From the human T2T-CHM13v2.0 reference genome, Homo sapiens, in NCBI RefSeq assembly GCF_009914755.1, contig NC_060932.1: a DNA stretch of 64,000 bases; one strand, written 5' to 3'. Below the pieces are notes generated by a model. That model was not told the origin of the DNA. It was given only the letters and a program-made list of their open reading frames with translations, and searched no databases. Shown here one piece after another: positions 42,541 through 56,426 of the stretch. Numbering within the stretch: the first letter of the stretch is position 1; each line of letters begins with the position of its first letter. Position numbers and translations under genes: made by a program.

Positions 42541-42970
42541 TGTGAAAGTTGTCAGAATCAAAATGAAGTCATTTCTGTTTAAAACAACAAAAAAACAAAC
42601 AAAAACCAACCCTGACAAATGGAGCAAGGGAAAGCCATAAAGAGATGGTCCTCATGCATAAATGCCTGATAGCGAAAGCTATCACAAAAGACTGCCAGAA
42701 CCACTATCTTGCACAAAGGCCATTGCAATCTTACATGAAAAATACTGCGAGGACATCTACCCAGCAACTGCCTATCCAACCACAGACTGGCGCACAAGGA
42801 TAAGCACTTCAAAACAATTAGGCAGTTCTCCCCATTTTTCCTTTAAAAACCTTTGTCTTCCTTTACCCCCCGAATATGCACATTGTTTTGTATAGCACCT
42901 TTACTCGCACTGCCCTATTCTAAAATAAATGTTACTTTCTTTTAGAGAGTCTTTGCTATTTAGGTTGACA
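42541..42970 (+). mobile_element. ERV1 solo LTR, MER34 family
   Basis: TGTGAAAGTTGTCAGAATCAAAATG...AATAAA...TTTAGGTTGACA; TG..CA ends; 4-bp TSD GGTT/CGTT. Confidence 0.85.
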
Positions 42971-42999
42971 CGTTCAATACATATTGACTTTTTCATGGA

Positions 43000-43180
43000 A
43001 TTATAAAATCAAGGACCTTTACAGTTAGAGAGAAACTAATTCAAACCATCATTTTATATCTGAAAACACTGAGGTCCACAGAAAATAAGAGACTTCCCTA
43101 AGGTCACACACCTACTTAAAAGTAGGTCTGGGACTAAGAAACAAGTTCTTTTATTTCTTAGCCCATTATTCTACTATATA
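43000..43180 (-). mobile_element. MIR
   Basis: AAACACTGAGGTCCACAGA...GACTTCCCTAAGGTCACAC. Confidence 0.7.
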
Positions 43181-43259
43181 CATGTACCTGAATTATGTTT
43201 AAATTTTTCTCTACTCAAATGCTTAAGTTGGAGATGTAAGCTCACAATTTTTAAAAGCT

Positions 43260-44580
43260 TATATCACCACCTTCTATTCCCAGAGTCCCATATAAATTAT
43301 TCCATCCATTCTAGTCCAAGCCACCATCTTCTCCCACTTGGAGCATGAAAATAGCCTACTGACTGTTCTTATTGTTTCCATTTTTGCCCCTTTTAGTCTC
43401 ACTCACATAGGCAGATTGATCCCTTCAGAAGACAAATGACATGTTACTCTCCTGCTAAGAACTCTGCATTTGGCCTCCTATCACACTTAGAATAAGATCC
43501 AAAACCTTTATCATGTCCAAATGTGATCTGGCCTATCCCATCTAGTAATATCTGCCAATCCCATCTCCTATCACATTCCTTCTTGCTCACCAAGCTCTAA
43601 CCAAGCTGACCTCCTTTGCTGTTTCTTGAGCATTCTAAACATGTTCTTCCTTTTGAGCCTTTAAATTGGCTGATCTCTCAGACTGGAATGCTCATCCATA
43701 AATCAGTTTGATAATTTATTTAACTCAGGTATCTATTTAGCTGTGACCTCTTCGGTGAAGCTTTTTCTGACCACCAATCTAAACTAAAGCCTCCATCATT
43801 TTCCATTCTTCTGTATTCTTCACAGTCTATATCTGGCCTTTACGACCACTAGAATGTAAGTCTGATGAAGACAAGAGACTGTTTTAACCTCTGAATCCTC
43901 ATTATTAAAACACCTAGCATACAGTAGGTACTTGATAAATATTTATTTAATGAATAAATCAATTTATATTTTCACTTATTAATCATCCAACAAGCATTTA
44001 TTGTACATCAAGTAGTACACCAGACATTGGAGATGAATAAGATAGTTTAATTCCATTTCAGTTTTTAGGGAGTTTGAGATCTAAGGGAAATCTACTACCA
44101 TGTGAACAATAAGTTACAGGACAATCTATTAAGTGCTACAAGAAAAGTGTTGACAGTAAAATGGGAATACCAAGAGTAGAGCCTCTAACTCTGCCTTTAG
44201 AAAGTGAAGAAGGTCTCACAGAGGAGGCTGAACTTGAGTCAGCTCTTAAAAGATGAGTAGACTATATATTTAACATACAACAGATACATTTGGGTGGAGT
44301 GTTTTACAACTTTTTACATTAGAACTACACTCAGACACATTCCTTCTCAGCTCAGACACCCCAAGATTGAATTAGGTGTCATGCCTCTGTATTCCCATAG
44401 TACTCTGTGCTTATGCTGATTTTACAGTACTGTAATTGTCTATTCACTTACCTTGTCTAAATCCCCCATTAGACTCTCAAATCTATAAGGGCAGTAACCA
44501 CATCTTGTTTACAGTTGTATTCCTGATGTCTGGTAAAAAGCAATGTTCTTATTATGTAATTTATTGAATGAATGTTAAAT
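43260..44580. mobile_element. Cluster of L2 3' fragments (+ ~43260-43960, - ~43965-44260, + ~44340-44580)
   Basis: CTAGAATGTAAG...CCTAGCATACAGTAGGTACTTGATAAATATTT; CATCCAACAAGCATTTATTG; TTATTGAATGAATG. Confidence 0.7.
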
Positions 44581-44796
44581 GCCTCATTATGAGGTAATGC
44601 CAAAACACAGAATGAAGGACAATTTTATGAGGTTCTAGTAACATGTTCTTATTATAAAACATAGAATAGCTATTAAAGATATTATACTTTGGGACAGGAA
44701 ATAATGCCATTAACTACAATTATTCAGTTGATCATTTATTTAATAATGAAAAAACACTTATCAATGAGTTAGAAGCACTATGCTAAGGTCTTTTTA

Positions 44797-45109
<313 letters not shown>

Positions 45110-47212
45110 TCAGAGGTGCTATTATTCCTCTTAGGCAAAGGAACCTGAGGCTCAAATAGGTTTCATAATTTGTCCAAGGTCATACAACAAATAAGTAGAG
45201 AAGCAAGAATTCTAGGCAGGTCTAATTCTAAAGCCTAAGACCTACCTTCTAATTATGTAAGGCTTTTAAACTATCTACAGCATTTCTCAAGCCCCATTTA
45301 ACTCATACTACAGGTTTGCAAGAACATGTTTCATTTTCCGAAGTAAAGAGATGAAGATGATTTTCTATCAGTTCCTTTTTTCAAATCTGCTGGTTGAATA
45401 TCTTATTTTGTCACGGTTGCAACCAGTTTATTCCCAAAACACTAACTCTATTTTAACACGTGTGAGTCATTTTTCTCTTATCCTTGTGAGATTCAATGCT
45501 GTGACCATTAAACTTAACAAGAAACATAACATCTGATTGGTATAAAATAGTCCTTAGCCTCCCTATATTCTACATTAGAGTTGAATCTACAAAGGGACAA
45601 TAAAGCCTGAACCTCTGGATTCACACAATTGGCTTAGATAAAATTGTAAAAACATTGAATTAAGTTTGGAAGGGATTGATCTTACTGCATATTATTTTTA
45701 CTTACGTAGTCAATTTGCTAAAGAATGCTAATCTAATTTACAAATTGACAGTAAAAAATAGCAATAAAAATAGCATGAACACTCAATTCACTAATGAGAG
45801 GGTGACACACAAATAGAAATTAATAAAGTACAGATGGAATGATAACTAGTTAAACGAAATTAGAAAACTCACTTATAATTTGGTGATGGTGTTGAAAACT
45901 TTTAAGCCACAGCTTTTACTTTTTAAAATTCTTAACTTATTCTTGATATTTTAGATTAGTATTATAATTTCATTTGATACTTTTTATATTTTTATAATGA
46001 AACATTTATGTTTTTTCAAAATTATATTTCACTTACATATACTCTGTTATTCCTCACAAAAGAAAAGCAGAAGAAAAACATGTTGATACTTCATAGAAAA
46101 AGGTCTGCAGAACAGATGCTTCCCCACTGTAGAAAGCAGCCAATTCCAGTAAGGAATACAATAGCATTTTCAATCAGTGGCCATCATGTGCCAGGAATGC
46201 AAAACACAGTACTGATGATAATCCAGTTTATGAATCATAAAATCCACATGGAATACAAATATTTGAAAACATTATTAGGAAATCCTACTCCACTGCTAAG
46301 ACATGCTTATGCTAAAACAGCCTGAGAAATAATCAGAGATTTTGCATTATCTACTAGTAGATATTTGTAATATCTACTACCTTAAAGCATTTTCTAAATA
46401 CTCAGTAATTGACTGAATTAAGGATAAAAAGTATTTATCACTTGTGAGACTAATTTGTCATTAGTGTCACAAAAGACAAACACTTTAGAATATAAAATTG
46501 TTTCTATATTCTCAAAATGTTTAGAATATAAAAATAGAATATTTCTCAGTTAGGATACCTGTTTAGTGAGACAGTTAGACTACTCCTTAAACAGGTGTCC
46601 TAAACGGAAAATATTCTAATTTTATTTTTCTTCTTAAAATGACATTAAACACTTCTTTATTGCACATGCAATCACATAACAGCATAGTATCAGTATCAGA
46701 GCAGTGATCTTAATGGCTTTCATTCAACTGGACAATTCTAACGAGTATGCATTCTGCTATAGCATGAAAAAAATATTCTTCAGAAAAAAACGTGTAAAAT
46801 ATATACTTGAAACAATTATACAAAAAGTTGCATTATAGTGGTCTAAATATTTTTAAAACCTCTTAAAGGTGCTAATTAAACAGCAAACAATAAATGTAAC
46901 AAACATACTACAAATACATAGCTGAGTTTTCAAGATAGTAAGGGCTCAAAACGGAGCTATGGTAATAAGCCAAATCTAACTTGAAGGCTTCTTTAGAGGC
47001 ATGTGATGATGGGGGTGGGGGATTAGTGGTTAAATAAGGTTTATATTTTAACAGATAAAAGGGAAAAGGGAAGTATTTGGATTCTTTCCAAAGTAGAAAT
47101 GAAACCTCCACTTAAAATTGGGAATTTTGAAAGTCTACATCCTCAGCAAAAGGATAGGCAAGAAACAATTTACCCAGTGGCAAAGGAGATGACAAGTCTT
47201 ACCTGAGCTAGG

Positions 47213-47276
47213 TAAGGTAGGGGACAGGGATTGGGAAGCCTCCCTAAGGTAGGGGACAGGGATTGGGAAGCCTCCC
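47213..47276. repeat. Perfect 32-bp tandem duplication
   Basis: TAAGGTAGGGGACAGGGATTGGGAAGCCTCCC x2. Confidence 0.97.
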
Positions 47277-50200
47277 TTTAGAATTTATAACCATGGTTTA
47301 GGCCTTCAATTTTACATCACTCACACGCTCTAGGGGAACCTCAAACTGAGAAGTTAACCAAATATAGCCCCAGTAAGGTAGCACCCCAGGTGCCTGATAG
47401 AAACAAATACAAATCCATATTACAGGGACGCATACTGAACCCTCAACTCACACCATTCTCAGAGATAAAATCTAGCCAAACGTGAACTCACTATCCCAAA
47501 GATAAATACATGAGTAAACAAGCCACTGAGAATGGGTAGAAAGAACAAACAACAGAATTAAGATGCCCTTGCTCCTTAGAATTAATTTAGTCCCCTTAGA
47601 AAGCTGGATCTTGGGGTAAAATTAGGGAAGAATAGACAGTGGCATTCTAAACTGCAGAAATAACCGAGAACAAAAGTAGAAATATTCCAGCTAGAATGGA
47701 AAGCAATGAGTAAGTTTGATTGAATTAGGGAATGTCCTACAGCTCATGGATGCTTTCAACACTGGGAGCCCAGCATAAGTTGCTTGGCAAAGGAGTGATA
47801 GGAACCTTGGGAACTAAAAGATGATTTGGAGAAGGGAAAGACTGGAGAAAGACTAGAATCAGACGGTTATTACTAGAATCCAGATTTGAGGATAATTAAT
47901 TAGAGCCTGTACTAAAAAGGGTCATATAGTAACAGAAATGACAAGCTGAATCTGAAAGAAATCACCAAAGAGGAATTAACATTTTCTAGAAAGTTTCTAG
48001 GCAGTCAAATATAATGGATCAACAATAACTCCAATATTCAGAACCTAAAGAGATCAAACTGAATCTAAAGAGAAAGTTGAGAGAGATTTTAATTTGAATA
48101 AAATAGGTAACACCAGTTATTTGTAATCAAAAAATGACTTACTATACTTTGTCACTTGACCATATGATCAAGGAAATGAAATCTAATTATTCATTTTCCC
48201 ATCAAGTAAGAAATCAACAAGGCATGTCCAATGCAACTGCAAGATGAGCACAAAACTGGGGAAAACTAGGGTAAGAATCTTTCACTTCTTTCCCCATGCA
48301 TAACTGAATTCGGGGGCTGGTGACTGCTTGATGCTAACATGTTAACCTAGGTCGATAAATATATTTTAATCACTGAGTTAGAAAGGCAAAAATCAAAGGG
48401 TACTATCGTACATTTGCTTGTATGTCTCGAATCATGTAAGATTCCTACTAAACTAAAAACACTCTTTCCTATAGCAAGGTGAAACTACTGATGTGACCAA
48501 CAGAGCATTACCTTGAAACTGTACTTCCAACTCTGGTAAAGGATAGCAGTTATCCCATTGTCCTTGTTATTAATACACAAGGTTGTACCTGTTTGTTGTT
48601 TCTGTGTTCCAAGTGAAATTGCCCACAGTAGGTCAACTGGTAACTCTGATCCAACTGAGCTAAAAATTACTGAGAAAACATCAAAAATAGTCTCTTTCAA
48701 ATAGCCGCCCTTAAGTGCCACTTCAATGTCTGACGGGCTGAAAAAAGTAACAAATTGGTATTCACCCATTAAAAACTAAGATTTACAGTATCTGAAAATC
48801 TATAAAAAGAATTAATTGTCTTCTCACTGCTGTAAGTAGGTGGTCTTTCCCTTTCACTACGAAATCAGCTTAATAGCTTATACAGCTGCTGTCTTTGACA
48901 TACCTGTCTTTAGCAAACAGAAACTTCATGGATCCTAACTTTTTGCACATTCACAGGCATGTTTTAAAGTTACATCAAAGCTTTCAGGATCTCCAAACGT
49001 CATAAAAGACTTATTCATCAGTATAACAAGCCTAATTGGTGAAAAGGCATGTGGGCAGGACTTCAGAGGCTCCATGATGCAAGACTGTACAAGTTTTTGG
49101 CATTATAGGAGAAGTTTCCAAACAAAAGATTACCTTACATCTCCTGTGCACAATACTAATATACAATAGAGTAAATTAAAAGTAAAAGCAACCTTAACCG
49201 TGACATTTCTTTTTTCTTTCACAGCCAAAAGCATGTCAAAGGATTGACAAATATAAAGAAACTTATAAAATCAAATATTTTAAAATAAGAATGACACCTT
49301 TAAAAACTGTTGTGTTCTTACAAGCAGTTTATAAAACATCCACAAGAGGGAACCAAAGACAAAAGACTAAAATTCCACTATTTGGAGATTTACACAAATA
49401 GGTTTATAAAATAGGTTATTACATTAACTAACATACCATCAATAGCTTTCAGAAATAGGCTAATGGTTTCTTGATACATTTTTAAGCAGTGATATATTTA
49501 AAAATACTGTAACCACTGTCATGTTGATACCTTTATATAAGCAATGTTTATGTTCCTCAAGGACAACAAATGTCTTTCACATTCAGTAACCTCCACTTGC
49601 ATATAATAGCATGAACTCAATGAACAGGTGGTGATTCCACAAAATTTATAGAAGTATACAAAAGTAAATAATGAATATTCATATTAATTTATCAAAACTT
49701 CATTCTAAATTGCTTTTATATGAAAAGATTTATGATTGTATATATCTTATGTTCTTAGAACAAATACAACTAAGGGCTAAAGGGTCTTTAAAAAGATTTT
49801 TTTCTTTTCTTCATTCTTTCTTTCTCTCATTCCTTTTCTCTTCCATTATGATAGTATTTTTAAGAGTTAGCAGAAATTTTGTTGTTGTTCTTTTTGGTTT
49901 GTTGGTAGTAAACAGAAATTTTAATACATAAATTGTATTTTTATTGTTTAAATTTTAACAACAGAAATATCACCTACATAAACTTAGATATAATTTTGTA
50001 AAATAATTTTAGAAAATTTCCAAAACATACAATTCAAAAGAAGACTACTTGAAACATGCTAAAGTAACAATATTGATTTTAACATACAGTTTACATCACT
50101 GAACTTCCTGATAAAAATGAAATTCTGGGGCAGAAAAATGTCAGGGCAACAAAAAACAATCTCCCCCACAACCCAAATATTTTTCACACATTTGACTTAA

Positions 50201-51875
50201 GCATTGCTGAAGAAATACTTCATGTGCAAGTATACACCTTATTAATTATTAAATGCAAATACATTCTGTGTTGATGATTTTGTGGCTGGCACTATCCTTA
50301 ATGATGAGTAAAAGTCAGGCAAAACCTGTTTAAAACAGTTTTATACACGTGTTTCTTGATTTGATAAGTATTTACCAATTAAATATTTATGTAATAAATG
50401 TTTGCTGTGTGCCAGGCAAGTGTGTTAAGGTATAATCTTTTCCTTGAGAAATGTATAGTTTAATGGGGAGTTACAAAATAGACAAACACAGTGAGATAAA
50501 TATTCTCAGAGCTAAACGCAGTATTCCATGGTGAACACAGAGGAGCACTTGCCAAACTGAAGCCTGGAGGAGCCCCATGAAAGGCTTCCTCTTTCCAGAG
50601 GAGGCAATGGCTAGGATGTCAAGACAAAAGCAGCAACCTACACTTTTCTTTAACCACTTTTTGAGCAATCCAATCTATGCTCATGGTTTAACTACCAACT
50701 GCGGAAAGCACTGATTTCCTAATTTGCCTGAGTTCTCCCTTGGGATTCAGACCGCTGTATCCAACTGCCTGCTACACAAAATGACTTAAATGACCTATGG
50801 ACATCGCAAATTAAATAACTGCTAAAGTGATCTCATCTTACACAGAAATACGCCTTGGAGAGAATACTGCTGGAGAATACTTCAGCCACAGTGTAAGTGC
50901 AAAGTGAAAAAACAAAGGCTCTGACTATGCTATCAAGAAGTTTAGTTGTAAATAATTTGTTGTTTTTTCCCTTATTTTTTAAATGGTCAAAGGATAACTA
51001 TATTTTGAATGAGGAAAAAGGGCCCAGAAGAAAGGGATAATGTAGCTGACTAAAGAAACAAGCAGAGAAGGGGCCTTTTGAGGGAAGTAAAAAGAAAACC
51101 AAGAGCAATAAAACAATTACTGTTCATGCATACCTCTATCACAGTACTTGCTACATTGCATTATGATCAGTTATCAGTTTATTTGTCTCACTCATTAGAT
51201 TGCAATCTTCTTATAGGCAATTACCATGTCTTATTTTTCTTCCATATCCATATTTATAAATGGGAAAAATATATAACCTCTGAACCAGGGAGACAAGGAA
51301 ACATAGTGAGGATACAGAAACATATTAAAGTTAAAAGAAAACTGAGGTCTAGTTAGTACAATAAGAAAAAAGTTATAAAGATTGGAAAGAAACTATCTAT
51401 ATTTGCAGATGACATCATTGTCTGTGTAGAAAATTTCACAGAATCTACAAAAAACTCCTAGAACTAATAAAAATTAGTGTGTGTGGCAACGTCACAGGAT
51501 ACAAGGGCAATACACAAAAGTCAATTGCTTTCTTACATACCAGCAATAAATGACTGAAATTTGAAATTAAAAAAAATTTCAACAGAAAAAAAACCCACTT
51601 AGGTCTAACATATTAAAACATGTACAGGATCTGTATACACTGATGCAAAAAATAAAAGATGATCTAAATAAATTGAGAAACACCCCATGTTCATGAATTT
51701 GAAGACTCAATACTGTTAAAATGCCATTTCTTCCTAACTTGATGTATAGATTTCATTCAATCCCAATAAGAATTCCAGGAAGTTAATTTAGAAATGTTGA
51801 CAAAATGATCCTTTCTATGGAAATGCAAAAGGCCTAGAACAGCCAAGGCAATACTGAATCAGAAAAACAAAATTT

Positions 51876-52185
51876 GGCCAGGAGAAGAGGCTCACACCTG
51901 TAATCCCAGCACTTTAGGAGGCTGAAGTGGGTGGATTGCTTGAGCCCAGGAGTTTGAGACCGGCCTGGGCAACACAGCAAGACACCATCTCTATAAAAAA
52001 TACAAAAATTAGCCACATGTGGCAGCATGCGCCTACAGTCCCAGCTACTTGGGAGGCTGATGTGAGAAAATCACTTGAGCCCAGGAGGTCAAGGCTGCAG
52101 TGAGCCGTGATTGCTGTCACTGTACTCCAACCTGGTTAACAAAGCAAGATGCCGTGTCCAAAAAAGAAAAGAAAAGGAAAAAGAA
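51876..52185 (+). mobile_element. AluJ
   Basis: GGATTGCTTGAGCCCAGGAG; GAGGTCAAGGCTGCAGTGAGCCGTGAT. Confidence 0.95.
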
Positions 52186-52646
52186 AATTGGAAGATTCAG
52201 TGTCCAATCTTAAAACTTCTATAACACTACAGTAATCAAAACAGCACAGTACTGGCAAAAGAATACACACATATATCAATGATGTATCATTGAAACAGAA
52301 TAAAGAGCTCAGAAACAGACCTACACAAATATAGTCAACAGATTTTTGAAAATGACACAAAGGCAACTCATTGGAGAAAGAACAGTCTTTTAATCAAATG
52401 GTGCTAGAACAACCGGATATCCATACGGAAAAAAAAAAAAAGGACCCAGATATAGACCTTACAGCTTTCTCAAAAATTAACTCAAAATGCTTCAAAGACC
52501 CATATAACATGCAAAACCATAAAACCTATAGAAGAAAACTCAGGAGAAAATCTATGGGACCTTGAGTTTGGTAGTGAATTTATAGACACCAAAAGCATGA
52601 TCCATGGAAAAAAGCTGGTATCATCATAATAAAACTAAACACTTCA

Positions 52647-52795
52647 GCTGGGCATGGTGGCTCATGCCTGGTAATCCCAGTACTTCAGGAGGCTGAGGCA
52701 GGAGGATTGTAGTTTGAGGCTACAGTGAGCTATGATCATCCACTGCACTCAGCTTGTGCGAAAGAATGAGACCCTGTCTCTAAAAAAACAAAAGG
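52647..52795 (+). mobile_element. Alu monomer/internally deleted old Alu
   Basis: GCTGGGCATGGTGGCTCATGCC...GAGGCTACAGTGAGCTATGATC...GAGACCCTGTCTC. Confidence 0.85.
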
Positions 52796-53780
52796 CAAAA
52801 ACTAAAAACTAGAAATCTCTGCTCTGTGAAAGACACTATTAAAGAATGAAAAGGCAAATCAAAAATGGGAGAAAATATTTGTTAAATACTTACTTTATAA
52901 AGGACTCGTATCCAAAATACACAAACTCTTAAAAATTCACAATAAGAAAACAGACAACACAATTTAAAAATGGGGAAAAATATTGAACATACACTTTGCC
53001 AAAGATATATAAATGGCAAATAAGCATATAAAAAGATGCCCGACATCTTCATCACTAAGGAATTGCAAATTAAAACGAGATACCACTAAACACCTTTTAG
53101 AATGGTTAAAATGCAAAAACAAACAAACAAAAACCCTGACCATACAAACTACTGGTGCGCAGCAACAGAAACTCTCATTCCTTGGTTAGTAGGAATATAA
53201 AATGATACAACTTTGGAAAAGAGTTTGGCAGTTTCTTACTAAGCTGAACATACCATAAGATCCAGCAACTATGATCCTAGATACTTACTCAATGTACCTG
53301 AAAACTTATATCCATACAAAAGCCAGCATATGAATGTATACAGCAGCTTTATTTATTGATAACTGCCCCAAACTAATAAGTAACTATTGAAGATGGCCTT
53401 CAATAAGTTAATGGATAAATGAACTGTCATGTATCTCTGCAATGTAATACTATTCAGTGATAAAATGGGCTATTAAGCCACAAAAAAAACCATGGATGAC
53501 TGTTACAAAAAACGTAGTGTTAAATGAAAAAAGCCAGTCTGAAAAGGCTACATAATATATGATTCCAATTATATGATATTCTGGAAAAGCCAAAACTATA
53601 AATGGTAAACAGATCAGCGGTTGAAAGGGGGTTGGGGGAGAGTTGATTATGTGAAGCACAATGGATTTTTTTTAAGGGTGATGAAACTGTTCTGTTTGAC
53701 AGTACAGTGTATCATGTGTATCGTTTTGATGCCTAATACCATGCGTTTGTCAAAACTTTACATCATAAAGAGTGAACCTA

Positions 53781-53862
53781 CTGAGGCAGGAGGATCCCTC
53801 GAGACCAGGAGTTCTAGACCAGCCTGAGCAATATAGTAAGACTCCCATCTCCACAAAAAATG

Positions 53863-53894
<32 letters not shown>

Positions 53895-54060
53895 AGGCCT
53901 GGTGGTGCATGCCTGTAGTCCCAGCTACTTGGGAGGTTGAGGCAGGAGGATCGCTTCAGCCCAAAAGTTCAAGACAGTGAGCTATGTTTGTGCCATTGAA
54001 CTGTAGCTTGGGTGAAAGAGAGAGACCCAGTCTCAAAAGCAACAACAACAACAATAACAA
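53781..54060 (+). mobile_element. 5'-truncated AluJ with A29 linker and (CAA)n tail
   Basis: TSD AAAGAGTGAACC at 53767-53778 and 54061-54072. Confidence 0.93.
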
Positions 54061-55417
54061 AAAGAGTGAACCCAATGTATGCAAAATTAAAAAAAAAAAT
54101 TTAGGAGGTCAGGGGATCCCAGGGTGAAATGTAGAATGTGGCAAAAAAAAAAAAAAGTAACTGTATTAAAAATATATTGAAACAAATTCACTGAAGGAGG
54201 TGAGAAGAAAAGGTACTAACCTAAGTAACTTTGGAGTAAGTGAACTGTGAATTCTGTTAGACTAAAGACAAAAGAAATGATACATAAGCAGTGTAACTGA
54301 TAATGTTGTTTTCCATGTTTTCCACATGGGTTAAGAATTCTGAAACCACTATACATGTATACTGGAGTTGAGAAACTTAGTAAATGAATGATAGGAGCCA
54401 GGTTTCTCACCATTGGAGTTGTAGGTTATAAACAAGCAAGAGGACCCATCTAGAATAATAATGGATTAGAGTCAGACACAACAGTATAAATTAATGTTTA
54501 GTTTAATACAGATACAGATGTATACACATACATATATATACACACACACACGTGCCTACATATATAGTTATAAATGTGTATATACATAGGCTAGTATACA
54601 CACATATATCTCCTTGCCTCATAAGCTGAGAGGGCACAGAAGCAACAACATCCCACAGTACAAAAAAGTCCCCCTGGAATCCAAACTTGATTTCCTACAG
54701 TTTTCCAGTAAAAGGAAGTAGGCTCCTTATTCTAGTACTGGAACAGGAAATATACAAGATGAGCCTAGAATATCTTATAGTGTCAGAGAGTAAGGAAGAG
54801 CTAAAAACAAAACAAAACCGCACAATGATGGGGATATGTCATAGGGACAAAGGAGTCAAAACAAAAGGTTCCCAATGGCCAAAGCTGGAACAATTTAAGC
54901 AAAATAAATAAATAAATAAACATAGTAGTATTGGATTATAATCCAAAATATAAACTAATAACCATGAGTCAATATTGATGCGAATGACTGAATAAATGGG
55001 GAGAAGAGACAAATCTCCTGTGTAGAAAAAATTCTAAATACTCCATCCTCAAGAAAGTGGAGAATAACCCCCCACTTCTTAAATGTGAGCTGTGTACTGT
55101 GACTTCCTTCCAAAGAGTACAGTATGAAAAGAAAGAAAGAATAATTTTACTGTAAAGAAACATGACATGCTACCTCAGTCATGTGATCCTGGTTAACATC
55201 AACAGTGGTAAGTCATGTTGACAGAATAATTTACTCTTGATGTGATGAGACTTATATTTATCTCTGGGTCTTTTCAAAAACCAATAAGCCTCGTCTCATC
55301 ATTAGAAAAAAAAATCCCAATTGAAGGACATTCTACAAAATGTCTAACCATTATTACCCAAAACTCTCAAGGTCACCAAAAACAAGGACATTCCGAGAGG
55401 CTGCGACATCATGAACC

Positions 55418-55900
55418 CTTTCTGTGCCTGGCTTATATCATTTAACGTCCTCCAGGTAAATACGTGCTTGCCACAAATGACAAAATTTCATTCATTTTTA
55501 TGGTATATACATACCATGTGAAATTAGCCAAGCACAGAAAGACTAAAGAAGCTGATCTCATGGAAGTAGAGAGTAGAAATGGTGGTTTCCAGAGGTAGGG
55601 GAGGCTTGTAGAGGCTAGGGGTGGTAGGGAGAGATTGGTCAATAAATACAAAATTACAGTTAGGAGGAATAAGTTCTGGTGTTCTGTTGCATAGTACAGT
55701 GACTGTGGTCAACAATACTGTATATTTCAAAATGGCAGAAGATTTTGAATGTTCTTACCACAAAGAAATGATAAATGCATGAGGTGATGGAAATGCTAAA
55801 TATTCTGATTTGATTTTTACACAATGTATACATGTATCAAAATATCACACTTTACCCTGTAAATATGTATAATCGTTATATATCAATTTTTTTTAAAAAA
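55418..55900 (+). mobile_element. L1MA 3' end with 5' inversion
   Basis: 55418-55517 is antisense L1; 55518-55900 is sense L1MA 3'UTR (GGAGGAATAAGTTCTGGTG...AAGAAATGATAAATGCATGAGGTGATGG). Confidence 0.88.
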
Positions 55901-56270
55901 GAGAAGCCTAAGGAGACATGATGACTAAATGTAATATGGTATCTTGATGGGTCCTAAAACACAAAAAGAACATTAGGTAAAAACTAAGTAAATCTGAAAA
56001 GAATAGGCACTTTAGTTTCAAATCTGTATTAATATTGGTTCATTATTTAGACAAATGTATCATACGAATATAAGATATTAATAACAGGGAAGACTGAATG
56101 TGGGTGGTATATGGAAACTCTCTAAACTATTTTTCTATTTCTTCTATAAACCTAAAACTATTCAAAAATAAAAAGTTAACTTAAAAAATTGAGAAAATCC
56201 TTTGCTTTTTAATTTGAGCAAATATTTATTATCTGTTTTATCACAAGGCCCAACACTACAACCCATAAGT

Positions 56271-56426
56271 CAGTGGTTCTCACCCAGGCCACACATTGGA
56301 ATCTGTTAGGAAGGTTTTTAAAAAAATCCTGATGCCTAGGCCCTAGCCTACAAAAATTAAATGAGAAATTTCCCAGAATAAAAATCAAGCATTGTTTTTT
56401 GTTTGCTTTTTCCAAAAGCCACCACT
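56271..56426. mobile_element. MER5A-like MITE
   Basis: CAGTGGTTCTCA...CACATTGGAATC...TTTAAAAAAATCCTGATGCCTAGGCCC. Confidence 0.7.

Larger units (their letters stand above)
51370..56190 (+). mobile_element. L1MD/MC-type LINE (ORF2 RT to 3'UTR) with nested insertions
   Basis: TTTGCAGATGAC (FADD RT motif) at ~51403; AFSKINSK remnant; long 3'UTR ending CTAAAACTATTCAAAAATAAAAAGTT. Confidence 0.88.
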
